Shown here piece after piece: positions 1 through 11,450 of a stretch of 64,000 nt of DNA. Below the pieces are notes generated by a model. The model was not told where the DNA came from, searched no databases, and was given only the letters and a program-made list of their open reading frames with translations. The stretch comes from Candidatus Bathyarchaeota archaeon (GTDB lineage Archaea > Thermoproteota > Bathyarchaeia > Bathyarchaeales > Bathycorpusculaceae): NCBI GenBank assembly GCA_963806535.1, contig CAWDYC010000009.1, positions 121,190 through 185,189 of the forward strand, read 5' to 3'. Made by a program: the position numbers and the translations under genes. How positions within the stretch are numbered: the first letter of the stretch is position 1; each line of letters opens with the position of its first letter.

Positions 1-51
1 TCTATGAACATTACATTTAGTGCTTCAAAACGAATGAAGGGTGAAGGGCCT

Positions 52-1512
52 ATGGCAGAAGTAGTCTTGACTGCTGATAGAACTTTAATGAGTAATTATC
101 ATAATAACGAATTCCTCGGGTTTGGTACATGTGCCCCTCCCAATTTTATTCCAGAATGGCTTTACAGTTATCTTTTCTTTCCTCCATTAAAAACAAAGAG
201 CGGTCACCCATGTCAAGCACCTTATGGGTTAAGGAAAACTGAAGCTCAACTTTTAAAAGAAGGCTTCCACGTTGAAACGGTAAGCCCAAACCATTTAGGC
301 AGACATCTCACTAACGCAAAAGTTCTCGGCATACACACTATGGATCCATTTGGGTTAGGTCCAGCTTCCACAACTCTTGCATCCATTTTCAAAAAAGAAC
401 CCTACCTTGCAAAACACTTTCAAAGTTTACTAAAAAGCCCAGCAATTAAAAAAGCAAAACAAAATGGCTTAAAGGTTATTGTTGGTGGACCTGGCGCATG
501 GCAATTTCGTTACAGAGAAAAAGCCGTCAAGGATTTAGGGATTGACTGCGTTGTTGAAGGCGAAGCAGAAAATATTATTGGAAAAATTTTCAAAGGGGCA
601 ATAGAAGGAGAGCCGATTTTAAGCCATTATGAAGTTGGAGTTGGTGAAGCTCCAACTTTAGAAGAGATTCCTGATATTGTTCAGCCTTCGGTTAACGGTT
701 TGGTTGAGATTGGCAGAGGCTGCTGCAGAGGTTGCCAATTTTGCAATGTTACACTAAGGCCTCTACGTTGGTATCCACTTGAAAAAATTAATCGTGAATT
801 AAGCGTTAATATTGATTCAGGCAACACTGGCACATGTCTACATGCAGAAGACGTCATGCTTTATGGCTCTAACAATACCACTCCAAATGAAGAGAAACTT
901 GTGCAATTGCATGAATTAGTAACAAAAAAGGTTACAGGGTTAAGTTGGAGTCACTGTTCCTTGGCTGCTGTTGCGTCAAAGCCTAAGTTGCTATCGAAAT
1001 TGTCAGAGCTTATCTTGCAGAATCAAACTTGGTGGGGAGCAGAAGTCGGCATTGAAACTGGTTCTTCAGAGATAGCGAAGAAGATTATGCCTGCGAAGGC
1101 TCATCCTTTTAGCGCTGATAACTGGCATGATGTAGTCGTTGAGGGCATGGGTGTAATGCATGATAACATGCTTGCTCCAGCTTGCACTTTGATTGTTGGG
1201 TTGCCAGAAGAGCAGGAATCAGACGTTATGAAAACAATGGAGTTAGTTGATGATCTCAAAGACATGCGCAGCCTCATTGTGCCATTGTTTTTTGTTCCAC
1301 TGGGCAAATTGAAAAGTGAAGACTGGTTTACAGATACCCAACTTAGCGAAGTGCACAAGCAACTTTTGATTGCATGTGCCGAACATGATTTTCGCTGGGT
1401 CGACAACCTGCTTGACTTGTCTTTCTCAGGCAAATGGTACCAGCACATATCTAAAGAGTTCTACAAAGGCTTCTCAGCAATTGCAAAGCGCAAAGTACGG
1501 CAGATAGAATAG
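52..1512 (+). CDS. B12-binding-domain radical SAM protein, GDGT ring synthase (Grs)/GMGT synthase-like family
   Basis: CRGCQFC (CxxxCxxC) motif. N-terminal VVLTADRTLMSNY..EFLGF..APYGLRK..EA and IVGGPGAWQ resemble archaeal Grs-family enzymes. Start placed at ATG 52 after GGGTGA. Confidence 0.7.
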   Translation: MAEVVLTADRTLMSNYHNNEFLGFGTCAPPNFIPEWLYSYLFFPPLKTKSGHPCQAPYGLRKTEAQLLKEGFHVETVSPNHLGRHLTNAKVLGIHTMDPFGLGPASTTLASIFKKEPYLAKHFQSLLKSPAIKKAKQNGLKVIVGGPGAWQFRYREKAVKDLGIDCVVEGEAENIIGKIFKGAIEGEPILSHYEVGVGEAPTLEEIPDIVQPSVNGLVEIGRGCCRGCQFCNVTLRPLRWYPLEKINRELSVNIDSGNTGTCLHAEDVMLYGSNNTTPNEEKLVQLHELVTKKVTGLSWSHCSLAAVASKPKLLSKLSELILQNQTWWGAEVGIETGSSEIAKKIMPAKAHPFSADNWHDVVVEGMGVMHDNMLAPACTLIVGLPEEQESDVMKTMELVDDLKDMRSLIVPLFFVPLGKLKSEDWFTDTQLSEVHKQLLIACAEHDFRWVDNLLDLSFSGKWYQHISKEFYKGFSAIAKRKVRQIE

Positions 1513-1580
1513 CTTTGTTTTAGAAGACTAAACTTAAATACTATATTGAAACTGAAAAGGTGCAGTAAGCATTGTGATGT

Positions 1581-1657
1581 GCCGTCGTGGCTCAGCCCGG
1601 TAGAGCGGCTGGCTGTTAACCAGTCGGTCAAAGGTCCGAATCCTTTCGACGGCGCCA
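1581..1657 (+). tRNA. tRNA-Asn (GTT)
   Basis: GCCGTCG/CGACGGC acceptor stem, anticodon arm GCTGG-CTGTTAA-CCAGT, T arm AAAGG-TCCGAAT-CCTTT, encoded CCA end. Confidence 0.95.
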
Positions 1658-1853
1658 ACTCTTCTCTTATTCCAGCTTTTGGATTCTAATCATTTTTCTG
1701 TCCAATTATAGGGAAGTCAGCCCCATTTCTTTTTTCCAGTAGTGTAATTTTAATAATGCTGAAACAAGGTCAAATGCAAAAACAAAAGATGACGCCGATT
1801 GACAAGCCAGATGTTAAGCAAAATTATTTCGATGATATTTCTAGTCCATTTTT

Positions 1854-2554
1854 TTACAAGCCAGTTAAAAGTACAGCTATTATACCGCTTAAAAACACAC
1901 CGTCAAACGTGCCTGCTCCGCCTATGCTGGCTACTGGTGCACCCAGCTTGGGTATCTTTCGAAGGTTCAGCAGGTCTGCTCCAATAAGTGTTCCAAGGGT
2001 ACCTGCTACGTAAGCAATTGTTTTTGGTTGAGCTGGAAAAAGAACAAGTGCGGCTACGGCAGCGGCTATTGGTGGAATAAATGCTGGAGTGGCTATCCCA
2101 ACACCTTTGACTGGTCTAGCTACTGCGTGAGTTACTATTGCGACAGCTAAAACGCCGATGAGGCTTAGCATAATTGTTGAAATTGATGATCGGCTAAGCA
2201 GGTAAAGGCTAACAGCCGTTGGTATTAATGCGCCTCCAACATTAATTGCAAGTAATGTGACTGCTTCGCCATACTCAACTTGTGGGATACGATATGTTAA
2301 GACCAAACCAATTAACATAATTATCTCGAATAACTGGTATTTTGGTTCTTAGTTTAAGCAAGTGGAATGTTTATGAAACTGCCAATTAAGGTGCCGATCA
2401 AGATCAAAAAAACCGTAAAAGGAGTAAAACCGACATTTTGAAAAGCAATACTTACAGCACCTACAAAGACCAAAGCAACTACCGCAAACACTAGGACAAG
2501 TAATAGCGCGAAAAAGAGAAAATTATGCTGGAAATAAATTGTTTTCCTACTCAT
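1854..2554 (-). CDS. DUF1614 family membrane protein (split by one frameshift)
   Basis: ORFs 2354-2569 and 1854-2318 join. Motifs GSFINIP, AINVGGALIP, GTLIGADLLNL and SIGGAGTFDGVFL. Confidence 0.8.
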
Positions 2555-2690
2555 ACTTTCACTCTGCATTACTGATTTTCAAAAGTTAACTCTGAAAAGA
2601 TTGGCTTATTTAGATTCCGTAATAAAAACATTACTGTACTAGATATCTTGAATACTAAAAAATATTAATATAATCTTTTGGGTTGACAAA

Positions 2691-3990
2691 TTAATGCCTT
2701 TTAAACTTAAAAAACAGAGCTGACAACCGCAACGATAGCTAAGACGATTGCTGTACCAGAGAAAACATACATTTCAGGCATTGAAAGATCTTTTTGAGAG
2801 TCAGTTGCAGAGGCCGTTGCAGAAGTCATCGGAATATCTGACAAGTCGTGAGGTCGTTCCAATAGAAAATATTTTTGTATCCTAATGATTCAACTGGGAT
2901 AGGTTCCATTTGGGTAAACAATATCCAAGTTATAGCCGTATTCCTGAATAAGTTTTGATACATTTCTGCAAATACTATCAGTTATTGAATCTGGATTCCA
3001 TAGTCCCCAGATTCTATCGTTATGGACCACGGAAACCGTACGCATAATCCGCCGGGAGAACATATGCTGTTCTGTCGCTTACGGGGCTGATAGTTTGAGG
3101 GTTGGCTTTGAGCATACTGCCAAAACTCTTTAATCGCGTCAAGCTGTCCTTTGTGATCTAAGAACGTTTTGAGTCCAGTTTTGGTCTCCATCAAACACAA
3201 TTATGTATTTTGCGCCATTTTCATAAGCCAATTTCATGTCATTCAAAAGTTCTGGACCTGACTCCATGTACGGTGGCGTGTTGTACTTCCAAGTTATCAT
3301 AACACCCCAATCTTTGTTCTGAGCCGTGGCTGCACCTCTAACGAGATCAAGGTTAAGTTGTTGGCTGTAATTCATGGTAAACTCTGCAAAAACCGTGTCG
3401 TATCCTGCCGCATAATCATACCAGTAAAGCGAATAGTCTGAGGTAAACAATTGAAATTCATTCGGGTAAGCAAAATTTCGTGTGATCGCCATAAGTTCCA
3501 TTACGTAGAAAGAAATTTACTATCTGGACATACTTTGTTGCAGCATCGTTAAAGCTAGTCGCGCTTGTGACCAGCAGGGTAACTTGCCTGGTCAAGTTGT
3601 TTTCCACCTGCTTCATCAAAATAATAAATTCCAAGAAAATTGTCACCATAAGTGTTCTTGGCGTCTGCAAGCCATTGGCTTGAGGGATATCTTGGATTAT
3701 CGGTGTAGACTATGAAACTTAAACCTTTATCATAGACATATTGGCTGATAATGCTAAGTCTTGTTAAATTGTAGTTTCCATAACATCCAATTACGAAAAG
3801 ATTGGTGTATGAACTAACTTTATCAATTAATTGTTCTGTTGCAGGTACGCTTTCGAAGGAAACATCAACTCCTAAGAATATGTTCTGGCGGAGTACTTGC
3901 TGTAGCGGCGTTGGCAATCAAACTGTAATTTAAGAATAAAGGTAAAATCAGCAAGAAAACCAGTAGAACTATGAATAACTTGAACTTCAT
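2691..3990 (-). CDS. Secreted/membrane-anchored hypothetical protein (multiple frameshifts)
   Basis: Hydrophobic N-terminus from ATG 3990 (MKFKLFIVLL). Consecutive fragments 3555-3917, 3139-3501 and 2982-3200. C-terminal TM plus basic tail ends at TAA 2691. Confidence 0.6.
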
Positions 3991-4166
3991 TTGATTTAAT
4001 CTCAATTCCATAACCTAATAAGACTTTTCCAAAATCATTACAACTGGACAAAACCTAAATCAGCATGAAAAATAATGCCCTCAACATCAGGAAGCAAATC
4101 AGAATAAAAGACTAAATAAAAGAAAACTTTCTTTGGCTTTTCAACAAAAATTCTTTATTCCGAGTG

Positions 4167-4199
4167 AATATGCAAAAGCTTTTTAGCAATTTGCATATT
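4167..4199. promoter_or_regulatory. Perfect 10-bp inverted repeat overlapping a BRE/TATA-like element (probable operator)
   Basis: AATATGCAAA-N13-TTTGCATATT in the divergent intergenic region, about 50 bp upstream of the Zn-finger ORF. Confidence 0.5.
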
Positions 4200-4251
4200 A
4201 AATAATCATTATCTCGGTTAAGGCAAAAAATGGGTTAGGGGATATAAGTTT

Positions 4252-4482
4252 TTGATAAATGAAGAAAACGTTTTTCGAAAACAAGAAGAACCAGCTCAAG
4301 TAATCCGTGAAAACAAGAAAGTTAGACGATGCACAGGCTGCCATCAACCTCTCGGCATCATATCAACTATGCTTTATGAGATTGATGAAAAACTTTACTG
4401 CTCTGAATGTTATTCTCGCATGATAAGTAACAAGGCTCTTGAAAGAGATCATTCTGATTTAATGCAAGCAAAAGAAGCCTAA
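4252..4482 (+). CDS. Small zinc-finger protein (CxxC...CxxC)
   Basis: CTGC and CSEC pairs in a 76-aa ORF with a TTG start after GGGGA. Confidence 0.6.
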   Translation: MINEENVFRKQEEPAQVIRENKKVRRCTGCHQPLGIISTMLYEIDEKLYCSECYSRMISNKALERDHSDLMQAKEA

Positions 4483-4573
4483 AAATTCCGCAGCAAAATC
4501 GTCTCAAACAGGATCTGGTTAAGTAGGGTTAGCTATTCATTCTTGTTTTTAAGAAACGTTAAACTTTGAAAAC

Positions 4574-6018
4574 TTAACCTTCTGCTACTGGAGGTCCTGC
4601 TTCGGCTTTCCTGATTCTGCCACCAATAATTGCAGGTACGATTGCAAAGGTGTTAACAATTGCAAATACGAAGTAGGTGTTTTTTAAACTTGCCAAAAAG
4701 AGCGCTATTCCTCCAGCAGGGATAGATTGAGGGTTAACAGCGGTTAATATTTGAGTTATTAGGTTGTAGGGTGCGGTAAAGGACATAACAAGTACCGCTA
4801 GGTTTAAGCTTACAGTTAAGCCAATGTTTAAGAACAGTGTAAAGAGGGCTGAGCCTATTCCGTGTCTTTCAGGTGGAACCGAACTCATTACAGCTCTTAG
4901 GTTCGGGGCAACAAAAAGTCCTGTGCCGACTCCCAAAATGATCATGTAAATGCTAAGTAATGGATAGGATGTTGTTGCAGTCGTTGTTGAGAAAAGAAAT
5001 AGTGCTATACTGCTGAGAACTAATCCTGTTATTGTAAATTGCGATTGCCCATATTTGTCTGCTAATCTTGCCGCTTAGGGGTCCGACTGCTAAAAATGCT
5101 ATTTCAAACGGTAGAATTCTTAAACCTGCCTGCAAAGGGCTAAGGTGGTCAACTAATTGAAATTGCAGGCTAAGCAGTAAGAGAACTCCTGTCCAAGTAA
5201 TTATATTAAACAACAAAGCAAATAATCCGCCTGAAACCTCCCTGATCCTGAAAACTTTCAGATAAATCAGCGGACAATCAACCCTTCGCTCATACAATAA
5301 GAAAACAATAATCAAGGCGGCTGCACTTGCTAAAAGAGCATAAGATGTTGTTAATCCGCTTGTTCCATAGGCACCATATGTTAATCCAACCATTAAGCAG
5401 AACAAAAACGCAGTAAACAAAGCGAAACCTACCCAATCGATGTGTCTGTCTTTGTCTAGAAGTGCAGTTTCTTGAAGCCGTCTTCTTGCCCAGAAAGTTC
5501 CAAAAATTCCTATTGGAATGTTAATGTAGAATAGTGCTCGCCAGTCAAAAAATGAAAGGATTAAGCCGCTAAGGGTTAAGCCTAAGAGTGCTCCTGCTCG
5601 GAAAGCGATTTGGTTTATACCTAAAAATAGACCCTAGCTGGTTTCTTGGCGCTGCATCTGTTGCTATCGCGATGCTGTTTGTGAACACTAATGCTGCACC
5701 TACACCTTGAATACCTCTAAAAATGATGACTTCAGTTGGGTTTTGTCCAAGACTGGTAAGCGCTGAACCAACCGTAAATAATGCAAAGCCGTAAGTGTAG
5801 ATTTTTACTCTTCCAAAGATATCGCCTAACCGTCCAATTATAGAAAGCGTTAAAGTGTTGGTTAAAACGTAGGCTTGAGTTATCCAAATTGCTTGTTCAA
5901 TATTTGCTTTTAACTGCTCCGAAACTTGGGGTAGCCCAATTATGACTATTCGGGTGTCTAAACCAACCATTAAAACTCCGATTGTTGTTACTGTTAAAGC
6001 TAACCATTTGTACTGCAA
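4574..6018 (-). CDS. MFS drug:H+ antiporter, EmrB/QacA (DHA2) type (frameshifted)
   Basis: GRLGDIFGRVK MFS motif A and FRGIQGVGAA. Three collinear hydrophobic ORF fragments. Confidence 0.85.
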
Positions 6019-6060
6019 AAAATTCAGTTCCTAAAAACATAATGCGGCTAATCCGCAAAT

Positions 6061-6088
6061 AGTTAATTGTTATTTACAGTAATTAACT
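6061..6088. promoter_or_regulatory. Inverted repeat upstream of the MFS gene (possible repressor operator)
   Basis: AGTTAATT-N12-AATTAACT lying 43-70 bp upstream of the MFS start. Confidence 0.35.
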
Positions 6089-6196
6089 TTTCACTTGACA
6101 AACAATTAGCTGAAACTGTGCCTTTTGGTAAATGGCTAACACCCAATTATGCGGTGAAATTAAATATTCTTTGATTGGTTACCAGTCTGAAAAGAA

Positions 6197-7477
6197 TTAG
6201 GTTTTCCTTTTCTCTATTTCAAAATTCTGTTTTAGAAACACCATGGAATTAGCTGGCAAATCTCGCTCAACCATAAAGTTTGGTCCCACCCAACTATTGA
6301 CGCCTACCTTTACGCCAGGCATAAACAACGACTTAATTCCCGTTTTCACGTTGTCGCCCAGCACTGCGCCGAGTTTTCTTCTGCCAGTGTTAACCAACTG
6401 GTCTTTTACCATCATTTTGATTGAGCCAGCATCTAAACGGTAATTAGCCATAACAGTGCCTGCGCCCAAATTGCAGTGCTCACCAAGAATGCTGTCGCCA
6501 ACATAAGATAAATGTCCAACATGAGTGTTGTCCATAATGATGCTATTTTTGATTTCGCAAGCGTTGCCTACACGAACATTTTTGCCTAAACTTGTCCCAG
6601 GTCGAATGTAACAATTAGGTCCAATGTCGCATTCTTCATCGATAAAGCAGGGTCCTTCAATATATGCGCCGGAACGAATACGAGCTGATTCTGCAACTGA
6701 AACTGGACCGATCAGGTGAGCACCTTGTTCAATTGTTCCCAAAACTTGGAGATCCATGCGTTTAAGCGCCCAATTGTTAGCGTCAAGCAAATCCCAAGGT
6801 CTGCCCACATCAAACCAGTCGTCTTTTGAGAGTTCGGCAGCTAAAACCGTTTTGCCCTCACTTGCAAGCATTGTTACTGCGTCAGTGAGTTCCATTTCGC
6901 CTCGGATTGAATTTTTTGTTTGTTTTATTTTGTTGAAAATCTCTTGAGAAAAAACGTAGACTCCAGCGTTGGCTAAGTTTGACGGAGCTTTTCCAGCAGC
7001 AGGTTTCTCTACTATCCGCTTAACCTTTTTCTGGTTATCAAATTCTATTATACCGTAGCTTTCAGGTTTATCAACGGGCACAACACCCATGACCGCAGAG
7101 GTTTTCTCCAGCTTATAGGACTGCAAAACTTTCTTAACAGTATCTAAACCAAACAATAAGTCACCATAGATGAGAACAAAATCGCCATCCACATAAGATT
7201 CAGATACTGCTGTAGCGTTTCCAGTACCGAGAATCTTTTCTTGCTCAGCATAACTAATTTTTAAGCCAAGAATTTCACCGTCACCAAAGTATTCGCGAAT
7301 TGCATCACCCATATAATGAGTAACAATTAATACCTCAGTTATTCCAGCGTTCTTTACGGCTTCCAAGCAAAACTGCAAAATTGGTTTTCCACCAACCTTA
7401 ATCAAATGCTTAGGACGCGTCGCTGTTATCGGCAAAAGCCTAACGCCTTCGCCAGCCGCAAGTAATACTGCTTTCAT
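6197..7477 (-). CDS. glmU: Bifunctional sugar-1-phosphate nucleotidyltransferase/acetyltransferase (archaeal GlmU)
   Basis: LAAGEGVRLLPITATRPK motif and C-terminal hexapeptide repeats with HLSYVGDS. Confidence 0.9.
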   Translation of the reverse strand: MKAVLLAAGEGVRLLPITATRPKHLIKVGGKPILQFCLEAVKNAGITEVLIVTHYMGDAIREYFGDGEILGLKISYAEQEKILGTGNATAVSESYVDGDFVLIYGDLLFGLDTVKKVLQSYKLEKTSAVMGVVPVDKPESYGIIEFDNQKKVKRIVEKPAAGKAPSNLANAGVYVFSQEIFNKIKQTKNSIRGEMELTDAVTMLASEGKTVLAAELSKDDWFDVGRPWDLLDANNWALKRMDLQVLGTIEQGAHLIGPVSVAESARIRSGAYIEGPCFIDEECDIGPNCYIRPGTSLGKNVRVGNACEIKNSIIMDNTHVGHLSYVGDSILGEHCNLGAGTVMANYRLDAGSIKMMVKDQLVNTGRRKLGAVLGDNVKTGIKSLFMPGVKVGVNSWVGPNFMVERDLPANSMVFLKQNFEIEKRKT

Positions 7478-8846
7478 TTCGATTCAGCCTCAACTTGTTT
7501 CTTTATTAGTGCATTAGCCTTTTGAGTTATATTATTTGCCACTGCTAACGATTCTCCTTCAACAGTTAAACGGATTAAAGGTTCAGTTCCCGAAGCTCGA
7601 ATCAGCAACCAACCCTCTTTTAACGCTAATCTAACACCGTCAACCGTTGAAAAGTCAAGGTAAGTTGGAAAAGCAATTTTTAACGCGCACGCCGATTTTT
7701 TCAACAATTTTATATTTTAGTTCATTTTTGCAATCGATATTTTCGCGTTTTGTAACGTACTCTGGAACTTCAGAGATAAATTGGCTTAAGGTCTTGTTTT
7801 CTTTTTCGAGCGCCATCAACATTAGTGCCGCAGAAAGGGGACCATCAGGGCAAAAGTGATACTTCGGATGTACCCATGCGCCACATGGTTCGCCTCCGAA
7901 AACTGCGCCCGATTGCTTGATGGCTTCTGAAACATAAATGTCTCCAACTTTGGTGCGGATAACCTTGCCTCCTTGCGCTTGCACCATTGTTTCAACACAC
8001 ATTGATGCTTCAACATTTGTTACCACTGTACCACCGTTACGTCCCTTCAGTGAATAAGCAGCATAAGCAGCCAGCGAACGGTCAAAGTTAACAAAAACAC
8101 CTTTCTCATCAACAAAAGCTACTCGGTCGCCGTCTCCGTCAAAGGCAATACCCAACGTCAGCACCAAGCGCTTTGACAACGTTTGCCAAATCTTGAAGAG
8201 ATTCAGCGGTCGGCTCAGATTTTCGAGCTGGGAAATAGCCGTCTGGTTGAGCGTTTAGAGAAGTTACTTTGCACCCAAGGTCTTTGAGCATTTCTGGGGC
8301 AACGCTGCAAGTAGCCCCGCATCCTGGATCAACTACAACTCGCCATTGCTTTTTGAGTACAACAGCTTTCATGGCCATTTCCAAGATAAATTTGTGCTGC
8401 GTCAACTGAAGTGTTTTTGCCAAGATTACGCCAATCTGCCAATTTAAACGTTCCTTTTAACACAATTTTTTCTACAGCATCTTGGTCTTCGTCAGTGTAG
8501 GATAAGGTGTCATTTCTGAACACTTTTATTCCGTTATATTGCGGAGGATTATGTGAAGCTGTAAGCATGAAACCGACGTCAGCACCAAACGCTTTGGTGG
8601 CGTAAGCTAAAGTGGGAGTGGGAACAATTCCTGCCAAAAGAACGTTTGTGCCAGTTGACAGCAGACGCAGAAACTAAAGCGTCTTCAAGCATGGGTCCTG
8701 AAACTCTTGTGTCACGGGCTACAAGTGCCAATTTGGCTTTTGCATGTGCTAGCTACCGCTAAACCAACCTTGCAAGCGAGTTGCGGTGTTAAGTCAACAT
8801 TTGCTAAGCCTCTTACGCCTGAGCTTCCGAACAATTTAGCCATCAT
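7474..8846 (-). CDS. glmM: Phosphoglucosamine mutase (frameshifted)
   Basis: LFGSSGVRG N-terminus, TASHNPPQYNGIK, DGDGDR, GGEPCG and IRASGTEP motifs across four ORF fragments. Adjacent to glmU. Confidence 0.9.
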
Positions 8847-8949
8847 TTTGCGCCTTTGAAACGTATATTATTACTTTCATGCTAGAGTTTTGTTGCTTAA
8901 AATATTTGGCTTTTAGCTCTAAATATTATTCTTAATAAACAGGGAAAGT

Positions 8950-10002
8950 TTAGCCCAACTTGGATGTTTGCCTTCAGGGTCTGAAAGGTAGCAGGCGGAA
9001 ACAGCGTTTGCAAACATTAAACGGCACTCATCCGACAAGCCGTTTCTGTCGCCCAATTATGTTTCCTGCGTCCCAAGCATCACCTGCTCCAGTTGCCCGC
9101 AAAACTTTAACCTTGAACGAAGGCACTATAACCTCGGTTTTGCCTTTTAAACTGGCAGAAAAAGCTGTCGTGTGCAAATCAATTCTTGCTGTCAGATCCC
9201 GTGCCAAAATTCGCGCAGCCTCCATCGCTAATTCGGCAAACTCCAAATCCATTTTGCTATCATTCAGACTCTTGTCAATTAATGAAGCGTAAACTATTGC
9301 CTCATTCTCGTTTACACTTAAAATATCGATTTTGTTGGATTTCAAAACAGTTTCTATCAACTCATAGACTTTGCCAATATTAGGCGTTGGATCTGCTGTG
9401 TCATAGTAAGTTTTACCTTTACCTTTCGCTTTGACTCTGTCAAAAACCGCTTGCGCAAATGCTGTTCCGAATTTTAAGGTTCCCGCCCAGTTAAAAACGC
9501 AGGTATAATCAGCAGAGTCTATCAAAACGTAATCAGCCTCATCAAGATCGTTTGGTCCAAAATCAACTAAAGAGCCTAAATCGCGTATCATGACATTGTT
9601 TTTCTCATTTTTGTTTTTGAACTCTAATGCAGTGGTTATTGAAGCTTTTTCGTGAATTTTAATATGCGAAGTATCGATGGGGATTTCTTTGAAGTAGTAT
9701 CTTATTTGTTGCAGTCCAGATTGGCTCGTGCAGACAATCGGAGTAACCTTCGCACCTAAATTGGCGAGAGCTGATGCCACATTAATTGCGTTTCCTCCCC
9801 TCAGATCAGTTTGGGGTATGCCGTCGATGCTGCCACCTTTGCGTTTAACTACCTCACCAACTAAGTTTGAAAACTCTGTAAAGTTCCAGTTCAGATTAAT
9901 GAGCCGATCAAGAAAGAAATCAGGTAAAACAACGACTTTACATTCTTTAGGATTGTTCTGCAAAAAATTTTTGAGTTCTTTTTTCCATGCTGCAGTGTTC
10001 AA
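8950..10002 (-). CDS. PfkB-family carbohydrate kinase (C-terminal frameshift)
   Basis: GGNAINVASALANLG, NENEA and ATGAGDAWDAG PfkB signatures. Confidence 0.85.
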
Positions 10003-10096
10003 CAGAAGGACCTGTAAGGGTTTATTTCCACAAAGCTAAAATAACCTTTTGATTTTAAGTGGGTACGGGATTGAAAGGGTCTGGGAGTAAGGGAGA

Positions 10097-10312
10097 ATGA
10101 ACTTTAAGACAGAAGTTTGTCTGTTAGCATTTGCAATTACGTTATTTATGGTGAGCGCTTTCTTCTTTTCATATCAAAGCGGCAATGCAACTTATCTTTA
10201 CTTAGCGTCTTATCCATATCGAGGGTATGCGCTTGCGTTTGTCGGTTTTGGCTCACTTCTTATGGTAACTGCATCGCTCTCTTACACAAAACGGAGCAAA
10301 AACGTCCTCTAA
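10097..10312 (+). CDS. Small two-TM membrane protein
   Basis: 71-aa ORF with two hydrophobic segments and GGGAG upstream of the ATG. Confidence 0.55.
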   Translation: MNFKTEVCLLAFAITLFMVSAFFFSYQSGNATYLYLASYPYRGYALAFVGFGSLLMVTASLSYTKRSKNVL

Positions 10313-10513
10313 GTAATTTTATTTTTCATAACTAATTGGCTGACGTCTCTTTTCTAAATATGTGGTTTCAGATAGAGCTGTAGAATTCATTGACCTTGAG
10401 GGTGTCAAGCAGACTTTTGTTTTTGAAATATGAAGATGCTTTCCCTAAGTATATAGAATATATAAACAAAAAATAGTTGCATTTCAAACTCATTCAAGAA
10501 CTAAATACGCTCT

Positions 10514-11321
10514 TTAGCCGATGATAACTCTAACAACGAACCAGATTACGTCGCCAAATAGTAAAGCAACAATTAAACCTAAAGTTATGAATATTAGCAT
10601 AGGTAAACCAGGGGTTGCCCAAACATAATTATCAATTTTTCCCGTTTTTGCAGCGTTTGATAGGCGGTCGACAATTTCATCCCTTCCTTCATCATGTGGA
10701 ACAACTACCAGCTTCCTTTCCAAACCATTCTCCCCGTCTTTATAATCTTCCATCGGAAAAACATGCCATTTAGCCTGCAATTTAGCAACCGGTGACTTTG
10801 TAACCGGTTATTAAAACAAGTATTTTTTTTCCAATTGATTCTTGGGCAAGAGTTCCTGTAAACATTTTTTTACCCATTTTTTTGTGCCAAACAACATTTC
10901 GCCCTATCATGTAAATGCCAGTGGCTGCGGCGAACAAGACGCCGTTACTAAAAATGGTTAATGGAAAAATAAACTGAGAAGTAGGCGAGATTCCAAAAAT
11001 TGGAGTGAAAAACGTTGGAGCAAAAGGCAAAGCAACAGCGATGCACATCAGGGCTTTAGAATCAGCGCCGCCGAATCCACCAGTGTAAAAAAGCAGGAAT
11101 GCGAGACCAATGGTTAACCCCACGCTTACGCCGAATAAAAGCAGTTTTGAAGGGTCATAGAGCAGGAATTCTGCAAGGGAAAGCGCAAGTGCGATAGGAG
11201 CATAAATTACCCATACTCGGTTACTTACTTCGCGGGTTTTAAAGTCGCTCCATGAAGCATAAATAAGGATAACAGCTGTAACTGCGATTCTTGCCGCGAC
11301 GAAGATCATTTCAAATGTCAA
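10514..11321 (-). CDS. Prepilin/prearchaellin peptidase, A24 (PibD/FlaK-like; one frameshift)
   Basis: ASWSDFKTREV and GGFGGAD catalytic Asp motifs. C-terminal VWATPGLPMLIFITLG of the A24B C-domain. Confidence 0.9.
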
Positions 11322-11450
11322 TATTTAATCCCTGAAATACGTCAATTTTCCTTTCCATCTTAAGCCTGTTCATTCGATATTTATCGTATATGAATCATTA
11401 ATACTTATTAAAAAATATGCAGCGAACCCTTTTCCTAAAAAAAGTCACCA

